Below are positions 37,476 through 45,599 of a DNA stretch of 64,000 nt, one piece after another. Numbering within the stretch: the first letter of the stretch is position 1; each line of letters opens with the position of its first letter. The notes beneath the pieces were generated by a model. The model searched no databases. It saw nothing but the letters and a program-made list of their open reading frames with translations, and was not told the DNA's origin. Origin of the DNA: Alphaproteobacteria bacterium (GTDB lineage: Bacteria > Pseudomonadota > Alphaproteobacteria > MPNO01); the NCBI GenBank assembly GCA_965231875.1, contig CBDDOM010000003.1, positions 139,316-203,315 on the forward strand. Direction: 5' to 3'. The position numbers and the translations under genes were made by a program.

Positions 37476-38335
37476 CACCTGTTCCCCGCCCGTTCGAGGG
37501 CGATTCGGGCCGCCCGTTCGGCGAGAACGCCCGCGACCTCGATCCTGAATTCCCTGGTGCCCCGCTTGTCGTCGATCGGCCGGCAGGCCGCGGAAGCGGC
37601 GCTCGACAACTCCGCCAGCGCGGCATCGTCGATACGGCGGCCGACCAGCGTCGCAGCGGCCTCGTCAACCAACAGAGGCCGTTCCGCGACCGCCCCGAGA
37701 GAGACCCTGGCCGCGGAGCACACCCCCGCTTCGTCGAGGGTGAGGTTCACGCCCACTCCCACCACCGCGATGTCCATCTCGGTCCGCGGAGTGAAACGCA
37801 GATAGGCGTCGCCCGAACGCGGCGGACGCTCCGGCAGATCGAAGGAAATCACGATCTCGCCGTCGGAAAGAGAGGTCTGGCCGGGGCCGACAGCGATGTC
37901 TTCCACCGGGACCGAGCGCCGTCCGTCGGGGCCGGTCGTCGAGGCGACCGCACCGGCGGCAATCAGCGCGGGCACGCTGTCGGCGGCCGGCGAGGCGTTG
38001 CACAGATTGCCGCCCAGCGTCGCCCGGCCGCGTATCTGGATCGAGCCGATCAGCTTGGCGCCGTCGACGATACCCGGCCACGCGGCGTTGAACGCCTCGT
38101 GCTCCATGATCTCCATCCCGGTGACCGCGGCACCGACACGGAAACGGCCTTCCTCCTCCGCGATTTCCCGCATTTCGGCGATGTTCTTGATGTCGACGAG
38201 AACCGTGGGCTCGACAATGTCGGCGCGCATCTGGATCAGCAGATCCGTCCCGCCGGCCAGCACTTTCGCCACGCCTCCCGCATCCGCGAGCAACCTCGTC
38301 GCCGCGTCCAGTGACTCCGGCGCTTCGTAACGCAT
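37475..38335 (-). CDS. FAD-binding medium subunit of a Mo-hydroxylase (CoxM-like)
   Basis: 286 aa; LAGGTDLLIQMR FAD-binding motif and ATLGGNLCNASPAADS. Confidence 0.88.
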   Translation of the reverse strand: MRYEAPESLDAATRLLADAGGVAKVLAGGTDLLIQMRADIVEPTVLVDIKNIAEMREIAEEEGRFRVGAAVTGMEIMEHEAFNAAWPGIVDGAKLIGSIQIRGRATLGGNLCNASPAADSVPALIAAGAVASTTGPDGRRSVPVEDIAVGPGQTSLSDGEIVISFDLPERPPRSGDAYLRFTPRTEMDIAVVGVGVNLTLDEAGVCSAARVSLGAVAERPLLVDEAAATLVGRRIDDAALAELSSAASAACRPIDDKRGTREFRIEVAGVLAERAARIALERAGNR

Positions 38336-38547
38336 CCGGTCTTGCCCCTTTTTCCCGATGACGCCGCCTGCCGAACGCCGACGACCGTTTCCGACCAGTC
38401 ATATACCGGCCCGCGGAAGGCAAGGGAAGTGCCGTTGCCGTGACGGCGCCGGACACGCGACCTGCAAATTTGATATACCATCCATGGTTGAAATACATTA
38501 GAACAAGGCATATCGAAGGGTATTGGAACCTGGGAGGGGTAGCAGGG

Positions 38548-38952
38548 ATGGAAGCGGGCTGGGCGTTGATCTTCGGTGGGCTGATCGCCCTTGTCGTCGT
38601 AGTGATCGTGGTGCCGATAGTCGCCATATACCGCGAGAACGGCAATCTTACGATTCGCAGGGGACGATTCGCGCTCTGGATCCTGCTGTATCTGATCGTC
38701 GCGCCGACGGTGGTGAACGTCGTGGCGGAAATCCTGCCCAATATCGCGGGTTACGCGATCGTCGCCATTATCGGGGCCGTCATCACCTATCTCTTCTACC
38801 AGCGCGTGGTCCGCCGCGCGCGCGATGCCGGCAAGGGGAAGCGCATCGCCTATGTCGGCGTCATCCCGGTCGCAAACCTGGTCGTCTTCGTCATTCTGAT
38901 GATCGTGAGAAGCGCCTCTTCCGGCGAAGACGCGCGAACCGCCGACGCCTGA
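38548..38952 (+). CDS. DUF805-like small inner-membrane protein, paralogue 1
   Basis: ATG 38548 after GGGAGGGG. ...RRGRFALWILLYLIV... and ...QRVVRRARDAGKGKRIAYVGVIPVANLVVFVILM resemble the DUF805 GR..R.E.W / RRLHD.G.SG pattern (from memory). Confidence 0.6.
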   Translation: MEAGWALIFGGLIALVVVVIVVPIVAIYRENGNLTIRRGRFALWILLYLIVAPTVVNVVAEILPNIAGYAIVAIIGAVITYLFYQRVVRRARDAGKGKRIAYVGVIPVANLVVFVILMIVRSASSGEDARTADA

Positions 38953-38998
38953 CGGGCCCGTCGCGGAGGATCGGGAGCCCACCGGCAACGCGGCGGCG

Positions 38999-39721
38999 AT
39001 GGAACCGCATTCCGACCTCGTCTACACAGCTGTCGGCGGGGCGATCAAGTGCCTGGTCATGATTCCCCCGGTCGCGATCTTCTTCGAAGACGATCGCTAC
39101 AAAATGGGCAGAAGGGAGTTCGCCTTCTGGCTGGCAGGGTATCTGTTCTCCTGGTTAGTCCTGGTGGCGGTCACGCTGTTGTTGTTGTCGACGGGTTCCT
39201 TCTTCTTCTTCGTGATGGTCTTGCCGTGGTTGATCGTGGCCGGCATCTGCGTCTACAGCATGTATTACTTCTTCGAAGCCGTGGTCCAACGGGCGCGGGA
39301 TGTCGGGCTGGGCAAGGGAATTGCCTATGTCGCGGCCGTTCCCCCGCTCAACCTGGCCCTCTACGCCCTTCTCCTGCTCATGCCCGGCAATCTCCGGAAG
39401 CCTACCCGCCGCAGGCGCAGGCGCAGGCGCAGGCGCGGGCCGGGCTGGCCGTCCCGCGTCTCCGCCCGGCTGCTGCGCCCGGCCCGAAATGCACTGGCCG
39501 GACCGTTCCGCCTTGACGACGGGGCACCGGTTCCGTCGAAACCGGAATTGCTCTACGGTCCGCCGCCGGAGGGACGATGGATTTCGAGCTTTCCGAGGAA
39601 CAGGAGCAGTTCCGCGAGGCTGCCCGGGCGTTCGCCGGGGGCGAGCTTGCGCCGCGGGCGGCGGCGTGGGACGAGGATTCGGTCTTTCCGACGGAGGCGC
39701 TTCGCGCGGCGGCGGCGCTAG
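38999..39721 (+). CDS. DUF805-like membrane protein, paralogue 2, with an abnormal Arg-rich 3' extension
   Basis: [15 protein letters not shown]...[37 protein letters not shown] parallels paralogue 1. The frame then runs through the GCAGGC repeat ([10 protein letters not shown]) and overlaps the next gene by 145 nt. The 3' end is doubtful. Confidence 0.45.
   Translation: MEPHSDLVYTAVGGAIKCLVMIPPVAIFFEDDRYKMGRREFAFWLAGYLFSWLVLVAVTLLLLSTGSFFFFVMVLPWLIVAGICVYSMYYFFEAVVQRARDVGLGKGIAYVAAVPPLNLALYALLLLMPGNLRKPTRRRRRRRRRRGPGWPSRVSARLLRPARNALAGPFRLDDGAPVPSKPELLYGPPPEGRWISSFPRNRSSSARLPGRSPGASLRRGRRRGTRIRSFRRRRFARRRR
39411..39440. repeat. hexanucleotide microsatellite (GCAGGC)4 plus one degenerate unit (GCGGGC)
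   Basis: Read directly: gcaggc x4 at 39411-39434, then gcgggc. Confidence 0.9.
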
Positions 39722-40719
39722 GCTTCGCCGGGCTATACGTGCGGGAGGATGTCGGCGGCACGGCGTGCCACCGGCTCGACGCGGCGATCGTTCTCGAGGA
39801 GCTGGCCGCCGGCTGCACTTCGACGGCGGCTTATATCTCCATCCACAACATGGCGGCGTGGATGATCGACGCATTCGGGAGCGAGGACCGGCGGCGCGCC
39901 TGGCTGCCGAAGCTCAACACCATGGAATGGTTCGCGAGCTACTGCCTGACCGAGCCCGGCAGCGGCTCCGACGCGGCATCGCTCGCCACCCGGGCGGTCC
40001 GTGACGGCGACGAATACGTAGTCAATGGCGCGAAGGCGTTCATCTCGGGAGCCGGCAGCTCCGACCTCTACGTCACGATGGTGCGCACGGGCGGCGAGGG
40101 GCCGGACGGAATTTCCTGCATCGGCATCGAAGCCGGCACTCCTGGGCTCTCCTTCGGCGAGGAGGAGAAGAAGCTGGGTTGGCACTCCCAGCCCACCGCG
40201 ATGGTCTATTTCGACGATTGCCGGGTGCCCGTCGCCAACCGCATCGGCGCGGAAGGCGAGGGGTTTCGAATCGCCATGCAAGGCCTCGACGGCGGCCGGA
40301 TCAATATCGGCGCCTGCTCGATCGGCGGAGCCCGGGCCTGTTACGAGGCGGCGCGGAGCTATGTCCGGGAACGCCGCCAGTTCGGCCGCGCCATCGCGGA
40401 TTTTCAGGTGACCCAGTTCAAGCTTGCCGACATGGCGACCGCTCTGGAATCCGCGCGCCTGATGGTCTGGCGCGCCGCCGCGGCGCTCGATACCGGAGAG
40501 GCGGAAGCGACGCTCCGGTGCGCGATGGCCAAGCGGGTCGCGACCGACACGGGGTTCGATGTCTGCAACGAGGCCCTGCAACTGCACGGCGGTTACGGCT
40601 ATCTTCGCGACCACGCGATCGAGCGCTATCTGCGCGACCTCCGCGTGCACCAGATCCTGGAAGGGACCAACGAAATCATGCGGGTCGTCATCGCCCGTCG
40701 TCTCCTGACGCAGACCTGA
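39577..40719 (+). CDS. acyl-CoA dehydrogenase (isobutyryl-CoA dehydrogenase-like)
   Basis: 380 aa; [20 protein letters not shown]... and ...[15 protein letters not shown].... Followed by the HIBCH and mmsB genes of valine catabolism. Confidence 0.9.
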   Translation: MDFELSEEQEQFREAARAFAGGELAPRAAAWDEDSVFPTEALRAAAALGFAGLYVREDVGGTACHRLDAAIVLEELAAGCTSTAAYISIHNMAAWMIDAFGSEDRRRAWLPKLNTMEWFASYCLTEPGSGSDAASLATRAVRDGDEYVVNGAKAFISGAGSSDLYVTMVRTGGEGPDGISCIGIEAGTPGLSFGEEEKKLGWHSQPTAMVYFDDCRVPVANRIGAEGEGFRIAMQGLDGGRINIGACSIGGARACYEAARSYVRERRQFGRAIADFQVTQFKLADMATALESARLMVWRAAAALDTGEAEATLRCAMAKRVATDTGFDVCNEALQLHGGYGYLRDHAIERYLRDLRVHQILEGTNEIMRVVIARRLLTQT

Positions 40720-41768
40720 TGCCGGACCTCATCGAATTCAGCGTCCGGGGCGCCGTGGGCCGCGTAGAGCTCAACTCGCCATCCACCTTCAACGCGCTCA
40801 CCCGGCAGATGTGCATCGCTTTCCGGGAAAAATTGCTGGAATGGGCGGACGACCCCGCGATCCGCGCGGTCGTGGTCTCCGGCGCCGGCGACCGCGCGTT
40901 CTGCGCCGGCGGCGATATCCGCGCGCTTTACGACTCCCATATGGCGGGCGACTCCACGACCAACATGTTCTTCTGGGACGAATACCGGCTGGATTATGCC
41001 GTCCACGAATTTCCCAAACCCTATGTCGCGCTGGTCGACGGGATCGTCATGGGCGGGGGAGTCGGCATATCGGTCCACGGCTCCCACCGGGTAATGACCG
41101 AGCGCACGCTGTTCGCAATGCCGGAATGCGGCATCGGGCTGTTTCCCGATGTCGGGGCGACCGAATTTCTGCCGCGCGCGCCGGGCGAGCTCGGCATGTA
41201 TCTCGCCTTGACCGGCGCCCGGATGAAGGCGGCGGACGCGATCCATGCCGGAATCGGCACGCATTATATGCCGGGCGCAAAGCTGGACGCTTTGCTGGAA
41301 TGTCTATCGAATGCCGACCTGACCGAGGGAGTCGAGTCGGTCGATGCCGTTGTCGAGGCATTTGCCGAGGATCCGGGGCCGGTCCAGATACGCGAGCACG
41401 CGCGCGTCATCGACCGCTGTTTTTCCGCGCCGACCGCTCCCGGCATCATCGATGCTCTGGAGGCCGAGGACGGGTATTTCGCCATCGAGACCGCGGATAC
41501 GCTCCGCACCAAGTCGCCGACCAGCATGCTGGTGACCCACCGCCAGCTGCGCGACGGGGCCGGGCTCGACTTCGAATCGATCATGCGCCGCGAATACCGC
41601 ATGGCCCGCGCCATCCTTGCCGGGCACGACTTTTTCGAGGGGATCAGGGCGGCGGTGATCGACAAGGACCGGAAGCCGCGCTGGAACCCGGCACGGCTGG
41701 GAGACGTCGGCGAGGCGGATGTCGCGCGCTATTTCGCGCCGGTCGAGCGAGAGCTTTCCTTCGATTGA
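40719..41768 (+). CDS. 3-hydroxyisobutyryl-CoA hydrolase (crotonase superfamily)
   Basis: ATG overlaps the upstream stop (TGATG). RAFCAGGDIRAL... and a length of 349 aa are typical of HIBCH. Confidence 0.85.
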   Translation: MPDLIEFSVRGAVGRVELNSPSTFNALTRQMCIAFREKLLEWADDPAIRAVVVSGAGDRAFCAGGDIRALYDSHMAGDSTTNMFFWDEYRLDYAVHEFPKPYVALVDGIVMGGGVGISVHGSHRVMTERTLFAMPECGIGLFPDVGATEFLPRAPGELGMYLALTGARMKAADAIHAGIGTHYMPGAKLDALLECLSNADLTEGVESVDAVVEAFAEDPGPVQIREHARVIDRCFSAPTAPGIIDALEAEDGYFAIETADTLRTKSPTSMLVTHRQLRDGAGLDFESIMRREYRMARAILAGHDFFEGIRAAVIDKDRKPRWNPARLGDVGEADVARYFAPVERELSFD

Positions 41769-41785
41769 CGTTTCGGAGAGGCACC

Positions 41786-42676
41786 ATGGCAGAGATCGGT
41801 TTCGTCGGGCTCGGCAATATGGGCCGGCCCATGGCCCTTCGGCTGATCGCGGCCGGCCACACGGTACGCGGTTACGATGTGGCGGCCCCCGCTCGCGAAG
41901 CCGCCCAGGCGGCGGGAATCCCATTGGTCGCGGATTTGGAGGCGGCGGTCGGCGGCGCGGAGGCGGTGTTCACCATGCTGCCCGCGGGCGACCATGTGCG
42001 CTCGGTCTATTGCGACGACGGCGGGCTGCTCGCGGTGTCGGTCCCGGATACGCTGCTGGTCGACTGCTCGACCATCGATCTGGAGACGGCCCGCGCCGTG
42101 CACGCCGAGGCGTCGGCCAATGGTTTCGCGATGCTGGACGCACCGGTCTCAGGCGGGGTGGGCGGGGCCGAAGCCGGCACGCTCACCTTCATGGTCGGCG
42201 GGGAAGCCGATGCCGCCGCGCGAGGCGAGCCCCTGATGTCGGCGATGGGTCGTAACATCGTCCACGCCGGCGGGCCCGGCAACGGCCAGGCCGCCAAGAT
42301 GTGCAACAACATGATCCTCGGCGTTTCGATGATCGCGGTGTCGGAAGCCTTCACCCTCGCCGAGCGGGTCGGGCTCGACGCCCAGACCCTGTTCGACATC
42401 GTTTCCACCGCATCCGGGCAGTGCTGGTCGCTCTCCAATTATTGCCCGGTGCCGGGCCCGGTGCCGTCGTCGCCCGCGAACCGCGACTACCGGGCCGGAT
42501 TCACCGCGGCGATGATGCTCAAGGACCTCCGGCTCGCGCGCGGCGCCGCCCAGGCGAACGGCGCTAACACGCCCCTCGGCAGCCACGCCGCCGCCCTTTA
42601 CGAGCAGTACTGCGCGGACGGAGAGGAGGGCTCGGATTTCTCCGGCATCGTCCGGATGCTGCGGGGCGACGGCTAG
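41786..42676 (+). CDS. mmsB: 3-hydroxyisobutyrate dehydrogenase
   Basis: MAEIGFVGLGNMGRPMA...MLDAPVSGGVGGAEAGTLTFMVGG...GNGQAAKMCNNM. Confidence 0.9.
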   Translation: MAEIGFVGLGNMGRPMALRLIAAGHTVRGYDVAAPAREAAQAAGIPLVADLEAAVGGAEAVFTMLPAGDHVRSVYCDDGGLLAVSVPDTLLVDCSTIDLETARAVHAEASANGFAMLDAPVSGGVGGAEAGTLTFMVGGEADAAARGEPLMSAMGRNIVHAGGPGNGQAAKMCNNMILGVSMIAVSEAFTLAERVGLDAQTLFDIVSTASGQCWSLSNYCPVPGPVPSSPANRDYRAGFTAAMMLKDLRLARGAAQANGANTPLGSHAAALYEQYCADGEEGSDFSGIVRMLRGDG

Positions 42677-42686
42677 GGCCCCGGTC

Positions 42687-43028
42687 TCACCCTGGAAATT
42701 CCAGATCCAGGTCCGCGACGTAGCCGTCAAGCCTCTTGCGGAATCCTTGCCGGATCAGGCCACGCAGCTTCTCGCCCAGCGTCTTGGCGGCAGCGATGAA
42801 ACCCTCGCGCCGGGGATCGGACTTGATCGCGTAGCGGTGCCAAGCACTGTCAGTCCACCTGGTTTCCTGAAGCGGGGGGAATCCGTATTGTGTCGGATCA
42901 AACAAATAGGTAATCCATACATAGTCGTATGCGTCATTGTACCAATATTGAAGCATGACGAGGGATGTGGTGGAAAGGTTGTCGCGCAACCACTGCTTTC
43001 CACGTTGATGATATTCGCTCCCTTTCGT
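42687..43028 (-). pseudogene. 3' portion of an AT-rich gene split by the group II intron
   Basis: The minus-strand frame is open from 43028 (TKGSEYHQRGKQW LRDNLSTTSLVMLQYWYNDAYDYVW...) to the stop at 42687. It is in the same genomic frame as 45015-45434. Confidence 0.55.
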
Positions 43029-43521
43029 GTGCGCCGTGCAAAGGCGCCATTCCCTAGCGGGTGCAAACCCCGCCCGGCAACTGTCGCTCCAGCCGGTAGC
43101 AATCGGAGCGGGTCACGGAGGCAACGACATGGCCTGAAGCACTTCGATGTAGTGGGCCGCCTTGGGCGGCTTAGCGACCATGCGGGCCGCAACGCGAGTG
43201 AACGCTGAGCAGGCCTCGAAATTGGTGATGCGGAAGCCGACCCGCCATGAATACGGGGAAGGCTGCCATCGGCCGGGAAGCGAGCGACAAACGCACCGGC
43301 CGGCTCCGCCGGGGTATTGGCGGCGGCACGCATGGAAGATGGGAATGGACGCAACACGGGAAGCCCCGGCGGTGGCGTGGCACGCGCCAACCGACAACCC
43401 GCGAGGGATGGGTCGGGTCGTTCGGGGTGGCGGAGAGGCCCGTACTACCGCTGAAGCCGGGTAATGCCGGTGGAGGGAAGGGGCCTTGGTTCGAGAGCAG
43501 CGTGTGGAAGGAGAAAGGGAC

Positions 43522-44862
43522 ATGGGGACTGGCGAGAGCCTATCCGACCCTGAAAAGGTCCGGAGACTCCAGACGGCGCTACATGCGAAAGCGAAGGAAG
43601 CTCCGGGCTTCCGGTTCTACTCGCTCAGCGACAAGGTGTGGCGCGCCGATGTAATGGCCGTCGCCTGGCAGGACGTCCGCCGCAATGGCGGCGCTGCCGG
43701 GGCGGACGGTCAGACGGTAGCGGACATCGAAGCGTATGGCGTGGACCGGTGGCTTGGGGAACTGGCGCGGGACCTGAAAGCGGGAACCTACCGGCCTGAC
43801 GCGGTTCGGCAGGTGCTCATTCCAAAGAAGCAGCGTGGGAAGTTCCGGCCCTTGGGCATCCCTTGTGTACGGGACCGGGTGGCGCAGACGGCGGCGATGC
43901 TTGTGTTATCGCCGATCTTCGAGGCCGACCTGCAACCGGAGCAATACGCCTACAGGCCGGGCCGGAGCGCGAACGACGCCGTCAGGCGTGCGCATCGGCT
44001 GCTGACCACGGGTCACCGCGAGGTGGTTGACGCAGATCTGGCCGACTACTACGGCCAGATCCCCCACGCCGAACTGCTCAAGTCCGTCGCCCGCCGCGTG
44101 AGCGACGGGCGGATGCTGGGGTGGATCAAGGCGTGGCTGGAAATGGCGGTGGAAGAGGACGACGGCAAGGGCGGCAAACGCCGCACGAACCGGGCGCGGA
44201 AAGAGCGCAAGGGAACCCCTCAAGGGTCTCCGATCTCCCCGTTACTTTCCAATATCTACATGCGTCGCTTCATATTGGGCTGGAAGGTGCTGGGCTATGC
44301 CCGGCGCTTCGAAGCGGAAATCGTCAACTACGCCGACGACTTTGTGGTGCTCGGCAAAGCGCCGCCAGCCGACATGCTGGCGGCTGTCGAAAGCCTGATA
44401 AAACGGCTGAAACTGGCGGTCAATGCCGAGAAGACCCGATGCTGCCGGGTGCCGGAGGAGCCGTTCGACTTCCTCGGCTACCGAATAGGACGCAACTACC
44501 GCCCGGAAGGAAAGGGGAGCTACATCGGCACCCGGCCCAGCAAGGCGAGCGTCCGCAGCATCTGCCGCAAGATTAGCGCGCTGACGGAGCCCCGCTACGG
44601 GCTTCTGGAACAGGAGGTCGTGGTCAAACGGCTCAATCGACTGATGCTCGGGTGGTCGAACTACTTCACCCTGGGACAGGTCGGGCCGGCCTACGCCGCG
44701 GTCGACAGGCACGCACTCAAGCGGCTGCTTCAGTGGCGGCGTCGCAAGCACAAGGTGAGAGCCCGGAATCACGTGCACTACGGGTACGAGCGGCTATGGA
44801 CAAAACATGGCCTTATCCGCCTTGGCGTGCGAACGACCCGCTTTCCGTGGGCGAAGGCATGA
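43522..44862 (+). CDS. group II intron reverse transcriptase/maturase
   Basis: ATG 43522 after GGAAGGAGAAAGGGA. RT blocks ...RPLGIPCVRDRVAQ..., ...GTPQGSPISPLLSNIY..., YADDFVV. Maturase X region LGWSNYF. No Cys/His endonuclease module after it. Confidence 0.93.
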   Translation: MGTGESLSDPEKVRRLQTALHAKAKEAPGFRFYSLSDKVWRADVMAVAWQDVRRNGGAAGADGQTVADIEAYGVDRWLGELARDLKAGTYRPDAVRQVLIPKKQRGKFRPLGIPCVRDRVAQTAAMLVLSPIFEADLQPEQYAYRPGRSANDAVRRAHRLLTTGHREVVDADLADYYGQIPHAELLKSVARRVSDGRMLGWIKAWLEMAVEEDDGKGGKRRTNRARKERKGTPQGSPISPLLSNIYMRRFILGWKVLGYARRFEAEIVNYADDFVVLGKAPPADMLAAVESLIKRLKLAVNAEKTRCCRVPEEPFDFLGYRIGRNYRPEGKGSYIGTRPSKASVRSICRKISALTEPRYGLLEQEVVVKRLNRLMLGWSNYFTLGQVGPAYAAVDRHALKRLLQWRRRKHKVRARNHVHYGYERLWTKHGLIRLGVRTTRFPWAKA

Positions 44863-44872
44863 TCTCGTCCGA

Positions 44873-44905
44873 AAGCCGGATGCGGGAAATCCGCATGTCC
44901 GGTTT
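44873..44905 (+). ncRNA. group II intron domain V
   Basis: AAGCCGGAUGCGG-GAAAU-CCGCAUGUCCGGUUU. The AGC triad is paired as A-U, G-U, C-G, with a 2-nt bulge (UG) on the 3' strand and a GAAA-type loop. Confidence 0.85.
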
Positions 44906-44908
44906 GAT

Positions 44909-45011
44909 GAGCGGGGACTGGAAACGCGGCCATGGGAGCCGGACTGAGGCCCGAAGCGAAAGCGACGGACCAGCCACCGGACCCTAAAGCTGGCGCGCCA
45001 GTCCTCGACTC
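44909..45011 (+). ncRNA. group II intron domain VI (unusually long) with candidate branch-point A45008
   Basis: GAG-CGGGGACUGG (44909-44921) pairs with CCAGUCCUCG-[A]-CUC (44998-45011). The unpaired A is the 7th nt from the proposed 3' end. Confidence 0.55.
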
Positions 45012-45014
45012 TAC

Positions 45015-45434
45015 AGAACGAGTATTTATGTAATGATTGACCTGCCAGCAATCGGCGTCTTGAGCATTGTAATTTCTGTCCGACTCATTGAAGTGGACAT
45101 TGTCGCGGTCGCAGAGAAATCCCGGTCTCTTCCAGCCAGCGGCGCGTGCGACGTCCAAGTTTGTCCTGATACTGACAATGGCCCGGTGCTTGCTTCCCGT
45201 TATGCGAACGAGAACGGCGCCACCCAGAGGGGCTCCACTGGCTCGACCGATGCTTCGGCTCGATTGCACTATTTTCCATTCGCCCTTGAGCAGAGGCACC
45301 TGCTTGTTGCCGATGGTCGCCATGCTCGTCACAACGCTGCCAAGCGGCATCTCCGTGACATCTCTTGCGTCTGGCTGAGACGTCGGCAGGACGAGGAGCG
45401 ACAGCGCAAGGACAGCGATAAAACATGCTCTCAT
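45015..45434 (-). pseudogene. 5' portion (signal peptide and N-terminal region) of the AT-rich gene split by the group II intron
   Basis: ATG 45434: MRACFIAVLALSLLVLPTSQPDA... runs to ...CWQVNHYINTRS at 45015. In the present genome the frame reads on into antisense intron sequence until 44778. Confidence 0.55.
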
Positions 45435-45599
45435 AAGATGTATCCATATCTTGACATACCCGCATACCGATAATTCTGCTCTTCGTAAAGGGCGGTCGTC
45501 AAGGCGATACGTTGGTATTTGACGCCGGCCACCAGTTGACTCCATCCGCGACCGTTTCGATAGTCGCGGCCGCACGGATTTCTCTCAATCGGACCAGGT

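Larger units (their letters stand above)
43029..45014 (+). mobile_element. group II intron (RT/maturase-encoding, no endonuclease domain)
   Basis: 5' GUGCG at 43029, an internal RT/maturase ORF, canonical domain V at 44873-44905, a domain VI helix with bulged A45008, and a 3' ...CUAC end at 45014. Confidence 0.85.

Noticed and set aside
34699-37668. 989-aa ORF that appears to be a giant Mo-hydroxylase fusion.
   Set aside because: The Mo subunit starts at ATG 36996 (MSTMLKYEDKD...). Upstream of that the frame merely stays open across the separately framed 2Fe-2S and FAD subunit genes, which have their own starts, stops and cluster motifs.
43522-44862. Reverse transcriptase as a retron, DRT/UG or Abi-type defence RT.
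   Set aside because: It carries a maturase X region (LGWSNYF), is embedded between a GUGCG 5' end and canonical domains V/VI, and has no adjacent effector gene. It is a group II intron-encoded protein.
45435-45599. Possible IS or transposase remnant or integration scar flanking the AT-rich islet.
   Set aside because: I found no terminal inverted repeats, direct repeats or transposase/integrase fragments. There is only a short 6-bp hairpin (cgcgac...gtcgcg).
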